64,000 bases of DNA from assembly GCF_009914755.1 (NCBI RefSeq), contig NC_060930.1. One strand, written 5' to 3'. The notes beneath the pieces were generated by a model that worked only from the letters and a program-made list of their open reading frames with translations, did not search any database and had not been told where the DNA came from. A program made the translations under genes and the position numbers. The first letter of the stretch is position 1, and each line of letters begins with the position of its first letter. Source of the stretch: the human T2T-CHM13v2.0 reference genome, Homo sapiens. Below, piece after piece: positions 44,250-58,560 of the stretch.

Positions 44250-44420
44250 GGCAAACCACTTCACTTCTCCAAGCCTCCATTGCCTCAACTTTCAGTAAGG
44301 ATGCTAATCATAGCACCTGCCTCACAGTTGAGTTACTAAGATTAGATGAAATAATGCATTTAGGCACAGTTCAGCTCCTGGCACTAGAAAATATTCAACG
44401 GTGTTAGCACTGTCGCTATT
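44250..44420 (+). mobile_element. MIR SINE
   Basis: ctgggcaaaccacttcacttctccaagcctcc...aggattagatgaaataatgca. Confidence 0.65.
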
Positions 44421-44800
44421 ACTGTGTCATGACTCAATGGGAGAGCACTTAAGCTAGTGCCTTCCACACAATGGTCACTTAAAAATGTCCTTAGTTAAAT
44501 GAAATCGGATGCGCATGAGTTCAGCGTGAGGTCCGGGTCAGGGAGAGGAAGGGGCATTGGCGGGTAGGGTTGCGTCGGTGGGGCCTCCTCTCTGCCTCTG
44601 ACTGGCCTCTTTGCCCCTCTGCTTTCCTGGTCAAAGGTTCGTAAGCAAACGGTTTCTCCCACTCCTCGGAACATGGACTTCCTTTCTGGAAGGCACTGGC
44701 CTGGCCATTTACCTCAAATGCCGGTGTTCCTGGCTTCAGTGCCCGGCTGCCCAGCGGCCTCTCCCTGAGTCTGGGTTCTCAGGTTTCTGCTCCGCCTCTA

Positions 44801-45154
44801 GATGACCCCTCTGCCCGCCAGAGCTGGCCTGCGGGTCACCCTGCAAGATGACCCTCTGCCTGCCCGAGCTGGCCTGCGGGTCACCCTGCAAGATGTCCCC
44901 TCTGCCCGCCAGAGCTGGCCTGCGGGTCACCCTGCAAGATGACCCCTCTGCCCGCCAGAGCTGGCCTGCGGGTCACCCTGCAAGATGACCCTCTGCCCGC
45001 CAGAGCTGGCCTGCGGGTCACCCTGCAAGATGACCCCTCTGCCCGCCAGAGCTGGCCTGCGGGTCACCCTGCAAGATGACCCTCTGCCTGCCCGAGCTGG
45101 CCTGCGGGTCACCCTGCAAGATGACCCCTCTGCCCGCCCGAGCTGGCCTGCGGG
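44801..45154. repeat. GC-rich minisatellite (VNTR-like), 45-46 bp unit, 7 full copies plus 1 partial
   Basis: Unit gatgacccctctgcccgccagagctggcctgcgggtcaccctgcaa; starts at 44801, 44847, 44892, 44938, 44984, 45029, 45075, 45120. Confidence 0.97.
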
Positions 45155-46080
45155 GCATCTGCAGCCCACGGGGCCAGAGACCCGGATGCAACTATGGGCC
45201 CGCCCCGTTTCCTCAGGCAGCTAGATTTCTCTTCATATTCCTTTTCCAACAAACGTCTCTTGAACATCGACTGAGTTGATAGACACCACGGAGCCTAATT
45301 CTTGTAAATGAGATATTTTCACAGTAACTTCAGAACGTGGTATTTGTCAAGGGCCTCTAGAGAAGCACCAACATTGCTAGCGCTTAAAAGAAAGACAAAT
45401 GTCTTCCGACTCTGGTGATTCAGAGATCAAGGCACCTTCACAGATTTTCATAAGCAGAGCTGGGGAAGGAACTCCAGCAGGAAGAAATGACTCAAGGCCA
45501 GATGAGGAGGTGGGGAGGCCCTGACTCTTGTCTGGGGGTAACAATCGTGGTTTAACTGGATCCTGATGTTGCTGTGAGGGAGGATTAGAAGACAATTGGC
45601 CTGAAGCCCATCACGTAGGGCTTAATGCCAGGCCAGGGGAGCTGAAATTTATTCAACAGATAATGGTACATTTCTGAAGGTTTTCCCCAGTGGAGAAATG
45701 CAACACGAGCTGAGCTAACGAAGGTTTAAGTAGGCAGTGGAAAAGGGTGAATTTAAAGGGATAGAGAGAAGGCAGGAGAGGGCGGTGGGGAGGTTATTCC
45801 AACAGGAAGGTAAATTTGGAGACAGACCATAAGGGACAACGTGCGGTGGTGGCAACAGAAACAGAAAGGAAGACCGACCTCGACAGTCGAGGGGCTGGGG
45901 GATAGGATGGGCTTAAGCCAGCTCCTCCTGCACTTTCACAAGTGGCAAGACCCAACTCTTTTGGTAGCGTAATCCAGTGTCTTACCATTTTTCATGGAAC
46001 CACATTTGCACTAAAATGAAGCATAAGAAATTCAGAATGGAGGAGGAATTGTTATGGGAAACTATCACTGGGCCCATGGC

Positions 46081-46253
46081 TTTTTGTTTTGTATTTTTGA
46101 GATGGAGTCTTGCTCTGTCACCCAGGCTGGAGTGCAATGGCACGATCTCGGCTCACTGCAACCTCCACCTCTGGGTTCAAGCAATTCTCCTGCCTCGGCC
46201 TCCTGAGTAGCTGGGATTACAGGCATCTGCCACCATGCCCAGCTAATTTATGT

Positions 46254-46297
<44 letters not shown>

Positions 46298-46417
46298 TTA
46301 GTAGAGATAGGGTTTCACCATGTTAACAGGCTGGTCTCAAACTCCTGACCTCAGGTGATCCACCCTCCTTGGCCTCCCAGAGTGCTGGGATTACAGGTGT
46401 GAGCCACCATGCCCAGT
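46081..46417 (-). mobile_element. AluSx-like with (ATTT)n expanded in the middle linker
   Basis: Antisense dimer; (attt)n at ~46255-46299. Confidence 0.93.
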
Positions 46418-48634
46418 CCCCAATGGTTGTTTTAAATGGCACACAATTTGAAAACATCTAAATTTCCTGACCATTTGGCTAACCTTAATACTCTTTAATA
46501 ATATTAAGTAATCTAAACCAGATTAGTTCAAAGTTCTGTTTCTTTCGATTTCTTTAAAAAGATTTTCCTCCATTCCTTGTGCGTTGCTATTACAGAAGAC
46601 GATTGTTACCTTCTGATCAATGAGCAGGCGATCTCACAAACTTGCAAGGATTTTTTTCAAAGATAGAAATAGATACAGATTGATCCCGAATGTAAAAATC
46701 AAGCATAGTGCTAATATTTAGACATTTTCCCAGTGTATCCAGGGATTATTTGAGTCACCAGAAAAGATTTTTCGTGACTTTTCTTTATTCTTAACATGAA
46801 AAGTTTAGCAGCAAGTCAAGTTTCTGGAAAATCCTATGAACCATCTTGTTCTTTGGAGAGCTTAACGACACCTAGGTCATCAACAACAATCAACAATGAA
46901 CTATTGATTTCAGCTGTAATGATCGAATAGCAGTGCCTTAAATCCTTCCTGGCAGGGATGGCAGCATTGCATGCACATGTATATGTGCACGTGCCAGAGT
47001 AAGCCAGTGTGTGGGCACCAAAGTTACCTCTGTGGTTTGGAACATCCAGAGGCCCAAAGCCAGCCCTTAGCTCCGTGCAGGTAAAAAGGGTAAGAAAGTG
47101 CAACAGTTAAAGCAATACAACGGAGTGAAGCCTCCTGTGCTTATTTCTAAGTAATCAAAGCAGCTGTATAACCACAAGGCAGCTGTCCCAGGCCGACTGC
47201 TGACCGTGTAGCTGACAGTTACATCATGAACTAAGGGAATGTGATTTTTAGAAATTTCACTTATTACCTACCTACCCATAGTTCATGAGATGAAAAAGTT
47301 TTGTAACTAAAATATGTAACTTCCACATAAAGAATCGGGGAATTAAGAGGACATATAACAACAAGATAAACATACATAATGAAGGTCCACGTTACCATTA
47401 GAGAAAGTGAACATAAATACTGAAATATTAAAGTAAGGTATACAGGGAATATAGGTTTACAGTGTTGTGATTTTTAAGTAGAATTTTTAATCATTTTTGG
47501 AAACTAAACAAAAATCCAGAAGAAAGCATATGTTTTTCTCATCATAAATATAAAAAAAAACTGTGAAAAGAAAATGGCAATACTAACCACATTTTGATAC
47601 ATTCTCATAAAGTCTAGTAACAATAACTTCTAGCACTTTAAAGTTTTCTAGTTCCGACCTAGATTTTATTTTTGCCAAGATACAACCTAGCCTGATAGCT
47701 CCAATAGCAATTACAGAATATGACCCAATTATTTCTTTACCCCCCAAAAAAATTAACATTTTTTTGGTTAGGAAACAGAAGATATTTTAATGAAAATGAT
47801 CTAAAACAAAAAATGCAATTGTGGTAAAATAGATGAGGAAATTGTACTTCTTTGTATTAAAATATTTTTCATAAAACATTAAAAATATATTAATGAGAAT
47901 TTAATCTCATATAAGAAAGTTAATATGCTATAATATTGCTTTATGTATGTTTATACGAAATTGCAGGGAAGTAAAACAAATTATGTCATCATAATATTAT
48001 TTTGTATCCCCTACAGAAATATTTTTCTAAAACCACTAAAAAAGCATATTACAGACTTAGTGAGGAGGCTACCTGTAAACAAATTATTTTCATGGAGAAG
48101 CAAGGAAAATTACTAAAAACAAAATTTACATTTAAAATGTAGTCAATAAAGGTCAGGTGGTCAATGTTGGTCTCAGTTTTCCCCAAATGTAAAATGGCAG
48201 CCCAAGGAAAAGAGAACCGTTGGACAAAATTTGAAAGGAAAGACATATTTTTAAGGATCAGTTAGGAACAACTTTTTATTTTCTTTTATAGTAAATTTTC
48301 TGACAGCCATATCCTTGCATTTAAATTCTACCAATCACAGTGACTCAAAATTATAATTTGTAATTATAATTGTTAATTGCTTAATGAATAATTAATTTCA
48401 CAGATAACTTGAAAGCTATAGATGGATGATAGATTAGCTAGATAATAATAGAGAATTTTAAGATTAGAAGGAAAACAGTTTTCATCTGAATAATATGTCC
48501 ATTATAAAGAAATGTTTTAAGTGGTATTTTTTATTTCACTTTGTTTTCATATATATCACAACTGAATTTCTCAGCCAGAGCATCTATAAAGACATTTCAT
48601 TATTTTGCATATGGTGGTTTCCCTTTGATGTTTG

Positions 48635-48800
48635 GTGGTTGAACTTAACCTTTCTGTACCATGGGCTCCTCCTCTGTAAAAATGTGAGCAGTAACATTAT
48701 CAACTTTCCAAGGTTGTTGTGGGGATTAATGAGAATTCAAATTAAATAAGCTAAATGTATTTAAATGCTTAGCATAGTGCCTGACACACAGTAAGAATTA
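48635..48800 (+). mobile_element. MIR SINE
   Basis: cttaacctttctgtacc...ctgtaaaaatg...gcttagcatagtgcctgacacacagtaag. Confidence 0.7.
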
Positions 48801-49993
48801 AAATTTAGGTCAAACCACATGAAATTGACATTTTTTAGCCAAAAATAGTTGAATATTGGCAACGTTATCTGGTTCATTATAAAGCAGTATTCACTTTTAT
48901 AATTATTCTAGGCTACGTGCCTATTTTTAAAAACGTAAATGCATACAAAAGAAAAAATGACACGGACCAAAAAGTATTTAAAACCAAGTAATCCACAGAT
49001 TAGGGGGAGCTCCTGTCCTAAAGTGATTACAAGGGCGACCATAAGGAATTTCTGTGTTAATTGGCTTGGCCACACCGACACTGAGTGCCCTTAGCAAGGA
49101 AGCAGACTGTAAGGGAAACAGCCGAGGCTTCAGCTTTAGGTTGACCTGAGATCAAATCCCACTTTGACAATTTGCTTATCCGTACAGTGGGTAGATTTGG
49201 AATATTAATGAATGCACCATGAACTCCTTGAATTGATCTTATTACGGAAGTGAAAGAAAGTAACATTTTTTAGCACCCCATAATTGTCAAGCTTTTGGCT
49301 AGGTGCTGTCTATAAATTAGTTCATTTAATTGTTAGAACTATCATGTAAGAAGCACTGATACTGTTATTATAATAATGATTATAATTACAGCAAACTCTG
49401 CTGCAGGACTTACTAGTAGATAGCAGCTGCTTTGCATATATACCCTATTTAACCTTCACAGCCACACGCTAACATAGATCCCTGGAAGGAATATTCGAGA
49501 GTTTTTCCCATCTTCTTCAGCATCATGGCCAACCTCATAGAATTAAGGATTAAATGAAGGAGCATACATAAAACTCCTAGCCTGATGCCTGACACCTTGC
49601 TTCCCACAGGGCCAATTCAGGGTCCTTGTCCCATGCCCTGAGGCCCTGAGTAGCCCTGGCCTTCTGCTATCAGAAGGGCTTCCTTAGTAAACCCCACGCA
49701 GTTCTAAGCTCTATAACCCAGAGCAGCAGGAGGCTGTCTTCATACCGCAGCCCCTGGGGGGTGTTAGGAGACTCGTGGAAACCCATTTTACTTTATTCTT
49801 CAGGAAATATAGGCCCCCAAAGTCTATTTCTTGCCAAAAGCTCTAATTTGCTATCTTATAGTGGTCAGGTTTTTGGGGTAGAATAGTAGAACTAATTAAA
49901 AAGGGAGTCCATTGTGTTCCTTCAAGCAGGAAACAATCATAACAGGACTTAAAGGAATTTAGTATTTTGAGTAATTTTCTTCACCTTCAGGCA

Positions 49994-50290
49994 TTTTTTT
50001 TTTGAGACGGAATCTCGCCCTGTCGCCCAGGCCAGGCTGGAGTGCAGTAGCACAATCTCGGCTCACTGCAAACTCCACCTCCCGAGTTCAAGCAGTTCTC
50101 TGCCTCAGCCTCCCGAGTAGCTGGGATTACAGGCACCCGCCACCACGCCCGGCTAATTTTTGTATTTTTAGTAGAGACGGGGTTTCACCATCTTGGCCAG
50201 GCTGGTCTTGAACTTCTGACTGAGTGATCCACTCACCTCGGCCTCCAAAAGTGCTGGTGGAATTACAGGCGTGAGCCACTGCGCCCAGCC
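49994..50290 (-). mobile_element. AluS (Sg/Sq4-like)
   Basis: Antisense dimer, ttctctgcctc and caccatcttggcc. Confidence 0.92.
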
Positions 50291-51959
50291 CACCATCAGA
50301 CTTTTTACATGGAGAATGTTTGGGGGCCCAGTGATGTAGTTCTTTATGGGATTCATAAAGGGTTTCCTGACAGACACACTACTCGAGTAATGACTGTAGC
50401 ACGCAGAGATATGTGCAGCCCAGCCATTTATTTCACTCATTTTAATGTACTTTGCTCTTTCAGACAGGGCAATAATTAGACCTGCCAGTAGCTTTTCGAT
50501 ATGAGAAAAACCACTTTAAATGCTCCACACTGATTTCTGTAAACAGCTTGCTTTTTCTTAATTTATAATGTTATCTCTTCTAACAGGCCATAACTACATA
50601 AAGGGACATGAAAAAAGTAAAAGAAATACCAGATAATTTCGAACTTAAGATCACATGTACTGAACTATCTATCCAAACCATTATTTTACCTTAACTTGAA
50701 TAGCTGTCAATTGTCGATCTGATTTTGCAATAGCTCACTGCCTATCAGAAATTCCAAATCTTTTTGTAATGTTTGTTTTTAACTTTCAAACCTGCTCTCA
50801 ATGTAATATCTTTCTTCCTGCGACGAAGCTTTGTTTCTTTAGTTAAATTGAAATAAGACTATGTAAAGACTTTGTCTCCCTATTATTCACTAAAGAGGGT
50901 GAACAAAATCACCAGACCTCAAAACAAAATTGACACCCTGGTGCTTACTGGTGCTTAAAGGGAATGTCAGCACACCCACTGAAATACTTCTTCAGTGGAG
51001 GTCACGGTTCAGGTTGCTGGCATGGTTTTATAAGGAGGCTCGTGTTGCAGCTGTCTGCACTGTCCCTAGCCTGAAGATAAATAGCAGACTTCAGTTTCCA
51101 CTGCTACTGGTCTTTTAACCTTCAATAAGAACAAATACTTCTGCCTTAGCTTCATCTGCCTCCAAGTTCATCTCCCAGGACCTAGTGAGCTATCTCTTAT
51201 CTATCTCCTTCCCAGCCTTCAGCTTGGGTTTCCTAGAGCTCAAGAGCATCCCAGCCCACTCTCATCTTTAGAGGCTCCCCATACATTAAAAAATGTAGAA
51301 ATGCCAACACAAGTTCAAATCAATTGCAATATATCATGAATGTTTACATTGAACAAATTCACACTTTTCACATACAAACCAAAATAACAATGACTTTATG
51401 TGTAGCCTCATTGAGACTTAATCCAACTTAAGACACTTTGTAAACCTGAGCGCTGCACCCAGAAGTGTGAGTTCTTGCCTCTGATTAGCGACCCCTCACA
51501 GCCACCTGATGGGTGGGTGGGTGTGCAGTCATAAGGATGTAAAGCAAGCTTTTTAGAAACCTAATTCACTGTAAATGTCCCTCCTTCTGTATATGACCAT
51601 CAATTCAGCTTCTCACAATGATGGACTGACCGTGCAGTGTCCTCTGCATTGCTTAACACAATCCCTCCAATTCTTCGGTGCCCAAGGTGGTGGCCGGGGA
51701 TACCTGGGCACCTTTAGAAGTGATAGTGACTCTTCATCACATCTCTCTGCTCTCTGAAATAGTGCTTATTGCATCGACCAAAAAGAAGTGAATGCTGGAG
51801 TGGCTTGTGCATGCCAAAAAATCTAACTTCTGAGATCTTCTGGTCTACTCCCTAGCTTCCCAGGGTGATAAGATGAGACTTTGTTTTCTTTATAACCTCT
51901 ACCCAGTAGACAAATAGGCCAAAGATAAGAACAAATCACTCTCACAAAGGAAAAAAAAA

Positions 51960-52450
51960 AAAGCCCACACAGCAAAATAATACATGGGAAAAGGTTAACC
52001 CTCCTTAGTAATTAGAAAAATGCTAACTAAAGCAACCTTAGAGTAGCATTTTATAGACGCTGGATTGGCAAACACAATTTTACTTCTAACACCCAATGCT
52101 GTGATAAAGCAGGCACCCGTATGTGTTGCTGGAACATCATACACTGGCCTAACCTTTCTGAACAATCAATGTGGCAGCCTATACCAGTAACCACAAAATG
52201 TTCATATTCTTTGAAGCAGTAACCTCACTTTTGAGAATTCTTTCAAGGAAATAATACAACTAAGGAAAAAGACTTTATGCATAAAGATGTTGATTGCATC
52301 ACTCACAAAAATTGTGCAAATCTGGAGGTAGACTTAATGTCTCTAGCCAAAGAAGAACAGCTGAGTAACTTGTATTCCTTCCACTCCATAGCTATTAAAC
52401 AGCCATGACAAATGATAATTAGGTAGAGTAGATATCAATGTTGAAAATCC
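51960..52450 (+). mobile_element. Old L1ME 3' fragment
   Basis: ttagtaattagaaaaatgc...ggattggcaaa...gttgctgg...aaagatgttgattgcatca. Confidence 0.6.
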
Positions 52451-53294
52451 CAGATGCCATAACTCAGTGAAATCATCCTCTCCGGTAACAACGCATTCCA
52501 ACCTCAAGGTCTTTGCCTTTGCTGTTCTGCACTGCACGTTCTTCTCAAGCTTATTTCTTTCTCCCAAGCCGACTTCTCCACACTAAGATGTCAGCTTAAA
52601 TTTAATTTTCCCAGGGAGATCTTCTGGATCATCGTGCCTGTAGTGGCCCCCCAAGTCCATCTCTACCACATCACCTTTCCGTTCCTTGCCAGGACTTCTC
52701 ACTCTGAAGTACTCTTATTTAATGGTTGGTTACCTGGCATATTACCGGACTCCTCTGCCAGAATGTGAGCCCCCTAGTCTACATTCCCACTCTAGTCCAA
52801 TAATCTATCCTCAGCTGCTGAAGCTCTAGAACACAGCTGGTCTTCTTGAAATCACAGAATTTGGATGATGACATCTGAGTTCATATTAGAAGCTGGTTCC
52901 TGAGTCCCACCTTGGATTTATTGCCTTGTTCTTTTATCCTCCGACTGGGAAGCCAGTTTACAAACAGACACTGATCTAAGCACCAGGCAGGCCATGTGGC
53001 CAAATGAAGAGAGCTGTATTTCACCAAGGCGAATGCTCCAGCTGTTGCTCTGGGGGTCCTTCCCACCACCCAAGCCCCATAGACGTGTCAGGAACCATCA
53101 GCCTGACCTGCCCGCCCTGCCCTGCAGCCAGAGCCTACCTGTGATGAGGAGAGTGGAGGACGGAGTTGGCGTCCTCGAGGCCAGGAAGGTTGCCTGTCCC
53201 TCAGCACTTCCTCTGCCAGACTACCTTGACTCCCCAAATTCCCACCACTGGAGCTGCTCCTTTGAGCCAAAGGTGTCTGTAAAAACTAAACATA

Positions 53295-53605
<311 letters not shown>

Positions 53606-54490
53606 CTAGACTGAGGACCCACCATCACATGGCAAGTCTTTAAGTCCAGGGTCTTGCTGATAGAAGCACGTAGGGGGCACAGAGCTCCCAGTACAGATAT
53701 TTCCAAGAGGCTGGAACTAAGTGGAATGACCTATCCGGAGGCCTTGGGCAGGTGAAGGACAACAGAACTCTGGGAGGTAACACTGGGGTGAAGCCAGAAA
53801 ATCAGTTGAGCCCTTTACCCAGGTCTCCATCAACCTCTGGAGGTTTGCATTGTCCAGACCTAAGATGGCAGGCGCCAGACTTAGTGGAAGCTTGGTGAGT
53901 GAGCCTGCTTACCAGAGCATTTGCCTCAGTTTACTCGGCGCTCTCAGTCTACTCTGCAGATGACGTTGAATTTGGAAGCCTGGTCCAGGGCAGGAGCTCT
54001 GATGTCTACCCCATCCCAAAGGGCCTAGGACCATGGCGCTGAAGAGTCTGGAAGAGGACGGAGGGTTTCTTTGGGCTCAGAGGCCAACGTAGCAATCTAT
54101 GCAGAGAAGGTGGCGGTAGATGCGGGGATTTTCGCCTCAGTAGAGAAGCGGAGGGAGTCTCCTCGAAGCCTCCGCCCTCACTCTCTTCCTGCAGGGAAAG
54201 ATGTGAGCCAGAATGCTGCCAATGCCTCTTACTATCTCCTGCTTAACCGGGCTGTCTCCTCGTGGCCAGCAACGGGCAAGGAGATAGTCTCTCTGTCAAT
54301 TCAGCTACTTATCTGACATAAATTGGAATTATAACACATGTATTAAGTGCCTTTAGTGCCTCAAAACACAAAATCAGGAAACCGGAATATAAATTATTTT
54401 GCAAATATTAAATCCCATAGTGATACTACAAAAGAATGACCTTTTTGTGGCTTAAAGCACAAGTATCAGGTGTGCATTTGAAAATAAAAT

Positions 54491-54735
54491 CTGCTTCCTC
54501 CCATGAGTTTAGTAGGGCCACGTCCACTGCTTCCTCTCGTGAGTTTAGTAGGGCCACGTCCACTGCTTCCCATGAGTTTAGCAGGGCCACATCCACTGCT
54601 TCCCATGAGTTTAGTAGGGCCACGTCAGCTGCTGCCCGTGAGTTTAGTAGGGCCACGTCCGCTGCTTCCCGTGAGTTTAGTAGGGCCACGTCTGCTGCTT
54701 CCCGTGAGTTTAGTAGGGCCACATCCGCTGCTTCC
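54491..54735. repeat. Minisatellite (VNTR-like), 33-bp unit, 7 copies
   Basis: Unit gtgagtttagtagggccacgtccgctgcttccc; gagtttag at 54505, 54541, 54574, 54607, 54640, 54673, 54706. Confidence 0.97.
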
Positions 54736-56607
54736 TGTTGGCTTATCAGGGCTGCATGTCTCACAGTCAGCCAGCAGTCTAGGGAATGGGCCAGTCATGA
54801 GCTGTGCTCCTAAATTTGGAAAAATCAGGACCTTGTGGAGACAAAAAGGAAGTAAACAGAGCTACCATCCTTCAGATGACCACGTCTGGGTGCCATTTGC
54901 AGAAGAAGAGCCAGTCTTTTCCCCATTCAGTTAAGCACCAACATATTGAACTATATCTGAAGGAAAACGGAACGATTAAGTGTAAGCTTAAGCTATAAAT
55001 TGTTTGCTCATAAAGTCCTATGACCAAGTATCTTAATCAGAGATGTAAGCAGGGTGCAAGGTACCAGTCTAGACTAAAAAAACTCATAAAGGGACATCCC
55101 AAAGATGAGGGCTCCAAGTTCAAGGTGAGTCCAGATAACAATGTCCTGCTGTCCCTCATGGCCTGAGGATGAAGCAGTTGCTCTTTAAAAGTGTTGCTCC
55201 TTTGTGAGGTTGTAGAGTAAACTCATTTTATTAAACAGTAAAGCAAAAAACACTCCATGGCGTTCTGTGGGGCTATACTTCCTGTCCTCTCCCAGAGGAC
55301 AGTTAAATGATGGCCAGTCTACTCTTATCTGGGAGCTACAGTATAGACAAAATAGCAGCTGCAGTAATAATAGTTGTCGAAATTTATCAACAGCACGTTA
55401 AATTAATATAAACATAATGCATATTCTCTTATTTTTGTCCTGGAACCTGTCCTTACAGATGGATATTATTTCCCCTGTTTCAGTGGAGCTGGGATGCATG
55501 GCCATTTGTGTTCAACAAGAGCACGCCTCCGCCCCTCAGGGGTCCTGTTGTTTCATTTCCAAGCTGCCTTTGTCCAGACTAATCTTAATGTCCTGATTCA
55601 GGGGAAAGCCATCGGGTACACTAAACTGAGGAATTTTAAGAGATAAAAATGTAACTCGGACAAATAAACATTCTTTATTCAAAAGTATCAAAAGTCAGCA
55701 TATTTCACCTATCAACATTTCCAACAAGCTTCAGTGTCTATTGTGCAAACCCAATTTTGCTGCTGTGGCAAATTAAATGGCCACATTCAAAACTTCCCCC
55801 CACAGTTTAGATACTGTTCTCTCTCTCTCTCTTTTTTTTGTTTGTTTTTTTTTGTTTTTTTTTTTGTAAGATGTGGCCAAAACTTTGATTGGGCTTTAAA
55901 GCCTTAAACATTTGTAAAAATATCAGGCAAGCTCAAGCATTTTCAGACTGTGTCCTGCATTAATACACTTGGGGCAAAGTGGATGTCTCTTGCCACATTT
56001 AACTCACCAGTGTAGAAGCTGATAAAGGCTGATAGCCAGAGCTTGGAAAGATATTTCTAGGTTATTTTTAACTAAGACAGTTGTAAAAGGCGTGATGGAT
56101 TTAACTCCGTCACTTTCAGAGCAGCTAACTGAGTTCAGCCAGCAGACTGCTTTGATTTGTTCATTAAATGTATTATGTTTGCATTACTTGAGTTCATTTG
56201 ATGAGATATTCCCACTCTGTAAAATATCCAGCTAAGGATTTGGAAATCTATTCAAATTTTGCATCCATTAATTCATTTTAGAATTTTCAAAGAGTAGGTA
56301 CTTTAGGCAAGCTAAGATATATCCCAAATATTCGGGGAAACATCCAATCTACAGAAATGGTGTAACGTGTTTTTTCATCGTAAGCACGATTGGTGAGTTT
56401 ATCCATTTAATTATTTTTCTTGCTAGAACAAGCAGTACATCAAGGCCATGAGAATCTTTTACTTTGTAGCTCTGTGCCCCGCTGTGCAGCCCAGTCACCT
56501 ACAATGATTCAGCCTTATCTTGTTATGATGGTGAGCACTGGGATGGCTATGCAAAGGCTTCTAAGTTCTGAGTTCATCATTTTAGAAATGCGTTTCCCCA
56601 TAGTTTA

Positions 56608-56970
<363 letters not shown>

Positions 56971-57322
56971 TCACAGAAAAAAAAATCAGAGCTGAAAACA
57001 GGTTGTATCTGGCATCATTAACATTACCTAGAAATGGAGAAGTCTGATAGCAGCTGCCAGGCTGGCTCATTTTTAAAAGTTTTCACCACCAGTGTAGAGG
57101 TGGTTACAATTATTTCCAGTAGGTTTTATCACTCCTGAGGGCAGCCATCAGTAGTTCTTTTCCAATCAAAATCATCTATTTTGCTGTTTCGCGAGCTGGT
57201 TGAAAATCACCATGTAGCTATGAAATAAACCATACAAAACAAAACTTAGATATTAAATGAAAGCACTATAAAAATCCGATATGTTCTTCTTCTTGGAGCA
57301 AAAGCTGCTAAAAAGTAAATGG

Positions 57323-57649
<327 letters not shown>

Positions 57650-57989
57650 TCATTTTTCACTATGAACAAAAAGTTTTTTTTCTTCTCAAATTTAAAGATG
57701 ATCCAGGTAAACCCCACTTTAAGTTGAGGAGTACATGATTGAAAAGCAGCCAGATGAAGCTACCTAGCTGTAGAGACCCTCCACATATTGAAGCTCATTT
57801 GATCGAACATTTCCAAATTCATGTAAGTGCTATTTCCATGGATAACAACTCACAAATATGTAAATAGTAAACAAAGAATTGGAATTAGGCACATGGTGGC
57901 CACTACACCTACCATACACTTTATTTAGAACTGAGTTTGCTTATATCAGTATCTGGATCCAGTAAACCCACAAGGTAGCAATTTACTTA

Positions 57990-58560
57990 TACTTTCATTC
58001 ATTCAGTTTACAAGTGCCCAATTTGAATTTGATGCCCACGATGAGGTTTATAACATAATTACCATGATCCTTTCCCCCCACGAGGTGGTAGAATGCAAAA
58101 GGGCTAAGTAAACAGGAAACATCTATTAAGGGTTTTAGAGTAACCTGGAAATAAGCAGGGAGGGGACTACAGGCCTAGTGCTCCAGGAATTCAAAAGAAA
58201 GAAAGATGATGTGGATGCAAAATCAAAGAGGGAGTAACATTAGCCCTGAACCAAAGTAAGCTTGAACTTACCAGGAGGAAGAGGAGAGCATATTCCCATG
58301 GGGAATTTAGGCATGAATGAAAATTTCATGCAGTGGGGTCAGTAGGAAATCCAGCCTGAGTGAAGCAGGAGGTCCCACTGTGGAGGAGAATGCAAGTGAC
58401 CGGCTTCGTGAGGGAGATGAGATCACACAGGGGCCAGACGACTGGGGTTTTGAATCGGATCCATTATAGAACATGGAGACACTGATTATTAACCAGAAAA
58501 GAAATGATGAGATAAATTGTTCTGCAGGGTAAATCAGGAAGAGGAGGCTTTGAAGATGGA
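57990..58560 (-). mobile_element. L2 fragment
   Basis: ttcattcattcagtttacaagtgccca start with purine-rich antisense L2-like continuation. Confidence 0.5.

Noticed and set aside
44801-45154. Repeat array resembling CRISPR or tandem EREs
   Set aside because: No unique spacers, no cas genes and a primate context; half-site spacing is 10 nt, not the 3 nt of an ERE.
54491-54735. 33-bp array as CRISPR or a repeat-protein gene
   Set aside because: Contiguous tandem units without spacers; the open frames follow trivially from the 3n unit length.
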